Origin: an uncultured Actinomycetota bacterium
Lineage (GTDB): Bacteria; Actinomycetota; Thermoleophilia; Gaiellales; Gaiellaceae
Assembly: GCA_963738895.1 (NCBI GenBank)
Contig: CAVTYN010000014.1
Coordinates: 147-64,146, forward strand
Length of the DNA: 64,000 nucleotides
Reading direction: 5' to 3'
Shown piece after piece: positions 58,620-64,000 of this stretch. The notes below the pieces were generated by a model that had not been told where the DNA came from, searched no databases, and saw only the letters and a list, made by a program, of their open reading frames with translations. How positions within the stretch are numbered: position 1 is the stretch's first letter; the number at the start of each line of letters is the position of its first letter. Position numbers and translations under genes: made by a program.

Positions 58620-59406
58620 GCGGATGGCTCCTGCGGTCGACGGGATGCCGGCGACCTTCGTCGGGACGCCCGCGGTGATCGCGGCGACGACCTCCTGCTG
58701 GGTCGTCTTCTCGCGCTCGAAGACGCCGACGTTGCGCCCGAGCCGGAGGACCGTGATCCGGTTCGCCGTCTCGAAGACGTCGTGGAGGTTGTGGGAGATG
58801 ATCACCACGCCGAGCCCCTGCTCGCCGAGGCGCCGCACGAGCGCGAGCACCTGCTCGGTCTGCGCGACACCGAGCGCCGCGGTCGGCTCGTCGAGGATCA
58901 CGAGCTTCGAGTTCCACTGCACGGCCTTCGCGACCGCGACCGACTGCCGCTGGCCGCCCGAGAGCGTCGCGACCGGCTGGCGGATCGACCTGATCGTCGT
59001 GACGGCCAGCGACTTCAGCGTCGAGGCCGTGTGCTCTGCCATCGTCGGCCTCGTCGAGGACCTGCCAGCGGTTCGCCTCGCGGCCGAGGTACATGTTCTG
59101 GACGACGTCGAGGTTGTCGCAGAGTGCGAGATCCTGGTAGACGACCTCGATCCCGAGCCGCGCCGCGTCCTTCGGCCCGTGGATGTTGACCTCGCTCGCC
59201 CTCGAAGAGGATCTCGCCCGCTGTCGGCGGCATGCGTGCCCGCCACGCACTTGACGAGCGTGGACTTGCCGGCGCCGTTGTCGCCGACGAGCGCCATCAC
59301 CTCGCCGCGTCCGGACCTCGAAGTCGACGTCGGTGAGCGCCTGGACCGAGCCGAAGGACTTCGTGATGTTGCGAAGCTCGAGAAGCGGGGTGCTGGCGTC
59401 GGTCAT
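58616..59406 (-). pseudogene. xylG: Sugar ABC transporter ATP-binding protein (single-NBD XylG-like), frameshifted
   Basis: [31 protein letters not shown] is followed by [58 protein letters not shown] and [24 protein letters not shown]. At least 4 frame changes. The 3' end is unresolved: no in-frame stop precedes the permease GTG, and a TGA one frame off lies at 58616-58618. Confidence 0.85.
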
Positions 59407-59488
59407 CTAGGGGCGATAGTAAAGCGCAAGAAAGAGCCGGTGGAGGCGTCACGAGGACGCCTCCACCGGTGAGCTCGCCTATTCCTGT

Positions 59489-60548
59489 CTAGCAGTACTG
59501 CTTGTAGTCGCCGACGCAGACCTCGCTCTTCTTCAGGAAGCCCTGCGTGAAGAGCTGCGTGTAGTTCGCCTTCGTGATCCACGTGACGGGAAGCGTGATC
59601 GTCGCTTCCTTCTTCTTGCCGTTCAGCCGGAACGTGTTGGTGTGCGGCACCGTGCCCTTGAGGAGCGCGACCGCGGCAGCAGCCGTGGCGTTCGCCTCGG
59701 TCGGCACGTACTTGTAGACCGTGCCGGTCTGCCAGCCGGCGAGGATGTACTGGATGCCCTGAGCCGTCGCGTCCTGACCGCTCAGCGGGAGCGGCTTCAG
59801 GCCCTTCGCCTTCAGGTCGGCGATGACCGCGCCCGCGATGTTGTCATTCGCGGCGATCACGCCGTCGATCTTGTTGTTCGTCTTGACGAGCATCTGCTGG
59901 AAGATGGTCGCCGCGTTGTTCGCGTCCCAGTCGGGAACGAACTGCTGCGGGCCCTTCACGATCGGGCCGCTTCGCGAAGAGCGGGTTGAGGACGGCGTCG
60001 TTGCCGCTCTTGAACCAGAACGCGTTCTGGTCGGTCGGGCCGCCCCAGAGCTCGGCGACGGTGCCGCCGTGGTAGGTGCCGGTCTTCTTCATCGCGGCGA
60101 GAACGCCCGTTGCCTGCGCCTGTCCGACCGACTTGCCGTCGAAGGTGACGTAGACCGAGGCGGTGCCGCCGAGCACCTGGCGGTCGTAGTCGATCGCGTG
60201 ACCGCCGGCCGCCGTGAACAGCTTCTCGATCGCCGCTGCAGAGCCGTTGTCGAGCGCGGTCTCGATGACCACCTTGGCGCCGGCCGCCAGGCACGCCTGA
60301 GCCTGCGCCTTCTGCTTCGTCGGGTCGTTGAGCGCGTTGTTGATCGAGGCCGTCACCCCGGCCTTCTTGAAGGCCGCGGTGAACGCGGGTGCGTCGAACT
60401 GCACCCAGCGGACCGACGACTTGGTGTCCGGCAGCAGGACGCAGACCTGCACGTTCGCGGCGCGTGACGCTCCCGCGCCTCCGACGGCCACAACGGCCGC
60501 AGCGGAGACGAGGAACAGACCCGTCGCCCTAAGAATGTTTTTCCTCAC
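59489..60548 (-). pseudogene. xylF: Sugar ABC transporter substrate-binding protein (XylF-like), one frameshift
   Basis: The GTG at 60548 follows AAGGAG. The signal peptide is MRKNILRATGLFLVSAAAVVAVGG. The body reads VCVLLPDTKSSVRWVQFD.., and after a shift near 59960 it continues KGPQQFVPDWDANNAATIFQQML..GVIAANDNIAGAVIADLK. Confidence 0.85.
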
Positions 60549-60671
60549 GTGCTTCTCCTTCTATCTTCATGTCGCGGGTTGTCGGTGATCGCTGGCTCGT
60601 CACCGAGCGCGCTGCACGCGATTTGCGTAGCACTCTCGGGCGCCGGGGTATACAGAAACTTCTCGCAAATA

Positions 60672-60703
60672 TCACGTGGAGTCAAATCCAAGCGTCCACG
60701 TGA
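60672..60703. promoter_or_regulatory. 9-bp inverted repeat with a 14-nt spacer upstream of xylF (candidate operator)
   Basis: TCACGTGGA (60672-60680) and TCCACGTGA (60695-60703) are perfect arms. They lie in the relatively AT-rich region 125-155 nt upstream of the xylF start. Confidence 0.3.
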
Positions 60704-60756
60704 GCCGTTCGGTCACTTCTCCTCCTTGGCTTTCGGCCACTCGCAGTATTAGACGT

Positions 60757-60977
60757 TCATCGGACCACGGTGGTTGCCAGATCAGTGCTTGCCGTGTCGT
60801 CGTGCAGCGCGGCCAGGCCGGCCGAGTGAAGTCGATCGGTGTCACCGATCACGAGCGCGAGAGCGCCGAGTACCTCGCGATCTCACCGCGGCCGGCGGTC
60901 CGCCGTTGCCGCAGAGCATCGATCACACGCAGCCAGTTCGGCTCACCCAGAGCCTCCAGCGATCCCGCAGTCGCCAT
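60757..60977 (-). pseudogene. Truncated N-terminal HTH remnant of a ROK/XylR-like repressor
   Basis: My minus-strand translation starts at the ATG at 60977 and reads MATAGSLEALGEPNWLRVIDALRQRRTAGRGEIARYSALSRS* (stop at 60849-60851). One frame over it continues LVIGDTDRLHSAGLAALHDD..VVR*. This resembles the winged-helix N-terminus of ROK repressors. No sugar-kinase-like body follows. Confidence 0.35.
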
Positions 60978-61058
60978 TCCCTTCGAGTCTGTTCATTTCC
61001 GGCAGTTTTGTCAAGAGCGGAACGGCCCCGCAACGGATGCTCAATACACATCAAACCT

Positions 61059-62363
61059 CTAGCTGTCGTCGTGGTCGTCGACGATCGCAGGGTGCCTCCA
61101 CCCGAACGTGACGGTGAGGCGATCTATTCGCTGGCCCTCGACGCTGTCGACGCGGAACACGATCCCGTCGTGTGAGACCTCGTCGCCCGGCTCGGCAGCG
61201 CGACCGAGCCGCCCGAAGACGAACCCGGCGACCGTGTGGAAGTCCTCGATCGGCAGGTCGGCGTCGAACTCCTCGTTGAAGTCGTCGATCGAGAAGGTGC
61301 CGTCGATCCGGACGGTGTCCTCGTCGATCCGCTCGACGGTCTCGTCGGGCAGGTCGAACTCGTCCTCGATCTCGCCGACGATCTCCTCGAGTAGGTCTTC
61401 GAGCGTGACGATCCCCTCGATGTCGCCGTACTCGTCGATCACGACAGCCATGTGCTGGTTCGTCCGCCGGAACTCGGTGAGGAGCGCGGCGAGGTCCTTG
61501 GTCTCGGGGACCATCGTCGCCGGCCGCAGCAGCTCCTCGAGGTTGACCGGCATCCCGTCGGGGTCGTTCATCGCCTTGATCAGGTCGCGGACGTGGAGGA
61601 TCCCGACGACCTCGTCGAGCGAGTCGCGGTAGACGGGGTAGCGCGTGTAGGGCGAGTCGAGCACGATCTCGAGCGCCTCGGCCGGTGGGAGGTCGACCGA
61701 AAGGGCGACCACCTCGGGCCGCGGCACCATCACATCGGCGACCTCCTTGTCGGCGAAGTCGAAGACCTTGTAGAGCATCTCCTGCTCGCCGCGCGCGATC
61801 TCGCCCTGCTCGGCGGAGCTCGAGAGCAGCATCCTCAGCTCAGCCTCGGAATGCGCCTCGTGCTCGGCTCCCGGCGGCTGCTGGCCGAGCAGCCCGAGCA
61901 CGAGCTCGGTCGAGCGCTGGAGAAGCCAGATGAACGGGCCGAGGACCGTGAAGAAGAGCCGGGTCGGCCCGGAGAACACGAGCGCCGTTCGCTCCGGGTG
62001 GCCGAGCGCGAGCCCCTTCGGCACGAGCTCGCCGATGACGACATGGAGGAAGGTGAGGATGACGAGCCCCAGGATCACCGCGAGCACCGTCGAGAGCAAC
62101 GGCTCGAACAGGTGCGCGAAGATCGGCTCGCCGAGGGCACCGATGGCGAGGGACGTGACGGTGACACCGAGCTGCATCGCGGCAATGAAGCGCGGCGGGT
62201 CGCCGGTGATCTTGAGGACCGCCCTCGCGCGTCGGTCTCCTTCGGTCGCGAGCTCCTTGATCCGGGTGCGACGGGAGGTGACGAGGCCGTACTCGGCCGC
62301 GACGAAACAACCGTTGAGCAGGATCAGAACGGCAAGGCCCAGCAGCTCAAAGGGGATCGTCAC
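61059..62363 (-). CDS. Hemolysin-family / CNNM transporter protein (DUF21, CBS pair, CorC_HlyC)
   Basis: Intact 434-aa ORF with AEYGLVTSRRTRI, VMVPRPEVVAL, YPVYRDSLDEVVGILHVRDL, MAVVIDEYGDIEGIVTLEDLLEEIVGEIEDE and a C-terminal transporter-associated domain. Confidence 0.92.
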   Translation of the reverse strand: MTIPFELLGLAVLILLNGCFVAAEYGLVTSRRTRIKELATEGDRRARAVLKITGDPPRFIAAMQLGVTVTSLAIGALGEPIFAHLFEPLLSTVLAVILGLVILTFLHVVIGELVPKGLALGHPERTALVFSGPTRLFFTVLGPFIWLLQRSTELVLGLLGQQPPGAEHEAHSEAELRMLLSSSAEQGEIARGEQEMLYKVFDFADKEVADVMVPRPEVVALSVDLPPAEALEIVLDSPYTRYPVYRDSLDEVVGILHVRDLIKAMNDPDGMPVNLEELLRPATMVPETKDLAALLTEFRRTNQHMAVVIDEYGDIEGIVTLEDLLEEIVGEIEDEFDLPDETVERIDEDTVRIDGTFSIDDFNEEFDADLPIEDFHTVAGFVFGRLGRAAEPGDEVSHDGIVFRVDSVEGQRIDRLTVTFGWRHPAIVDDHDDS

Positions 62364-62448
62364 GCCGCTAGGGCCGACGTTCGTTGGGTCGATCGTCCAA
62401 GCCCGTGAATCGTATCCGAGTCGGCGGCGGCGCTCCTGACACGAACGT

Positions 62449-63363
62449 ATGTTCTATAGTGGGGTCGTGAGGGTCGAGTATCGAATCGAGCCCTGCCGCA
62501 CCGCTCTGAACCGCGTCTCGGGGATGCCGTTCGACTGGTCTCTCAACCCGTACATGGGCTGCGTGCACCGCTGCACCTTCTGTTACGTGCGGGCGTTCGA
62601 GCGCCGCGCCGACCGGCCGTACGGCGAGGGCTACGGCACCTCGATCAGGGTCAAGGCGAACGTCGCCGAGGTGCTGCGCGCAGAGGTCCGCCGACCGTCC
62701 TGGCAGGGCGGAGGCATCGCGATCGGTGCGGCCACCGATCCCTATCAGCCCGCCGAGGGCCGCTTCCGGCTCACCCGGGCCTGCATCGAGGTGCTCGCCG
62801 AGGCGGCGAACCCGTTCGGGATCATCACCCGCGGGCCGATGATCGTGCGCGACCTCGACGTGCTCGCAGAGGCGGCGCGGCGCGCAGAGGTGTCGGTGAC
62901 CTTTTCGGTGCCGACGCTCGACCTCGAGGTCTGGCGGCTCACCGAGCCCGGCACGGCCCCGCCCCGGCAGCGCTTGCGTGCGCTCGAGCAGCTCGTCGGT
63001 GCCGGGATCCGGGCCTCCGTCGGCATGGCGCCGATCCTGCCGGGGATCTCCGACCGGCCCGAGCAGCTCGCCGAGGTGGTGCGCGCAGCGCGTGAGGCGG
63101 GCGCCTGCGGGATCTGGGCGAACGTCCTGTACCTCCAGCCGGGGACGCGCGAGCACTTCCTCGAAAGCCTCGAGCGCCACTGGCCCGAGCTCCTTCCGGA
63201 GTACGAGCAGCTCTACGACGGGCGCGCCTACCTTCGTGCGCGCGACACCGCGCCTGTGCGCGATGCCGTGAGAGAGCTCGCGCGCAGCGACGGCATCCGC
63301 GACCGGCGCCCGCTCCGCCTGGCGCCCCCGCCGCCGGCCCTCCAGCTGAGTCTCGACCTCTGA
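62449..63363 (+). CDS. Radical SAM protein, Rv2578c/SplB-like family
   Basis: Intact 304-aa ORF reading FDWSLNPYMGCVHRCTFCYVRAF (CxxxCxxC-type cluster motif)...AIGAATDPYQPAE..ITRGPMIVRDLD. Confidence 0.85.
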   Translation: MFYSGVVRVEYRIEPCRTALNRVSGMPFDWSLNPYMGCVHRCTFCYVRAFERRADRPYGEGYGTSIRVKANVAEVLRAEVRRPSWQGGGIAIGAATDPYQPAEGRFRLTRACIEVLAEAANPFGIITRGPMIVRDLDVLAEAARRAEVSVTFSVPTLDLEVWRLTEPGTAPPRQRLRALEQLVGAGIRASVGMAPILPGISDRPEQLAEVVRAAREAGACGIWANVLYLQPGTREHFLESLERHWPELLPEYEQLYDGRAYLRARDTAPVRDAVRELARSDGIRDRRPLRLAPPPPALQLSLDL

Positions 63364-63396
63364 CGCGACCGACCCGGTCAATACCATTCGCCCGAG

Positions 63397-64000
63397 GTGC
63401 CGGATGAGATCACGACGCTGATCGTCGACGACCACGAAGTCGTGCGCCAAGGGCTCCGCCTTTCGCTATCGCGGGCGCCGCACATTCGCGTCATCGGCGA
63501 GGCCGCAGACGGAGCCTCGGCGGTCGAGCTCGCGCTCCGGCGCAAGCCCGACGTCGTGATCATGGATGTCCGCATGCCGGGGATGGACGGGCTCGAGGCG
63601 ACGCGCCAGATCTCCGAGCAGCTTCCGGAGACGAAGGTCCTGATCTTCACCGCCTACTCCGAGCGCTCGCTGCTCGGCCGCGGGTTCGAGTCGGGCGCCA
63701 AGGGCTACGTGCTGAAGGAGGCGCCGCACGGGACGCTCGTCCGCGCGATCGAGAAGGTCGCCTCCGGCGAGGGGTATGTCGACCCCGCCTTGATGCCGCA
63801 GTTCCTCGCCGGCCGCGACCAGAGCGACATGCTGACCCCGCGGGAGCGGGAGATCCTCCAGCTCCTCGCAGACGGCCTCTCGAACGGTGATGTCGCCGAG
63901 CGACTCTTCATCTCGCAGGAGACGGTCAAGAGCCATGTCCGTCACATCCTCACGAAGCTCGAGGCGGACACCCGCACGCAAGCGGTGGCGATCGCGCTGC
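63397..64000 (+). CDS. NarL/FixJ (LuxR-type) two-component response regulator, 3'-partial at the window edge
   Basis: My translation from the GTG at 63397 reads VPDEITTLIVDDHEVVRQGLRLSL..PDVVIMDVRMPGMDGLEATRQI..VLIFTAYSE..LTPREREILQLLADGLSNGDVAERLFISQETVKSHVRHILTKLEADTRTQAV. It is open to the end of the window. Confidence 0.9.
   Translation, partial: MPDEITTLIVDDHEVVRQGLRLSLSRAPHIRVIGEAADGASAVELALRRKPDVVIMDVRMPGMDGLEATRQISEQLPETKVLIFTAYSERSLLGRGFESGAKGYVLKEAPHGTLVRAIEKVASGEGYVDPALMPQFLAGRDQSDMLTPREREILQLLADGLSNGDVAERLFISQETVKSHVRHILTKLEADTRTQAVAIAL

Overview
Very GC-rich bacterial chromosomal segment; third codon positions are almost all G/C. The gene content looks actinobacterial (Lhr helicase, stand-alone LigD polymerase, F420-dependent LLM oxidoreductase, CysO/CysM/Mec, VapBC/HicAB), but I cannot fix the taxon from sequence alone. 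I read about 60 protein-coding loci and saw no rRNA, tRNA or CRISPR array.

Left to right:
- 0.1-7.9 kb: lhr, an HhH-GPD repair protein, a TylM1-like methyltransferase, and LigD-polymerase coupled to an acyl-CoA dehydrogenase.
- 8.1-11.2 kb: an amidohydrolase and an ArsR-SRPBCC-DHFR-like operon.
- 11.3-16.1 kb: a small mobilome/toxin-antitoxin islet (vapBC, IS3 remnant, hicBA, PD40 protein, hydrolase, IS110).
- 16.2-22.1 kb: F420 oxidoreductase, a GT-C-like membrane protein, M20 peptidase and a sigma-70 factor.
- 22.1-24.9 kb: a moeZ-cysO-cysM-mec cysteine operon.
- 27.7-36.0 kb: a LacI-controlled GH1 beta-glucosidase plus Opp-type ABC importer.
- 36.1-46.2 kb: a pentose/rare-sugar cluster.
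- 46.4-52.1 kb: a gal locus.
- 53.6-56.8 kb: an UnbU-like/CRTAC1 (UnbV-ASPIC) pair.
- 57.4-61.0 kb: a xylFGH-like transporter with a truncated ROK regulator.
- 61.1-64.0 kb: a CNNM/hemolysin protein, an Rv2578c-type radical SAM protein and a partial NarL-type response regulator.

The dominant oddity is that roughly half of the genes cannot be read in one frame. They are broken by frameshifts and a few internal deletions, concentrated in blocks, while neighbouring genes up to 1.8 kb long are intact. Frameshift positions are by-eye estimates (about +/-30 nt) made by stitching fragments from the ORF track. No database search was possible, so family names come from motif recognition.
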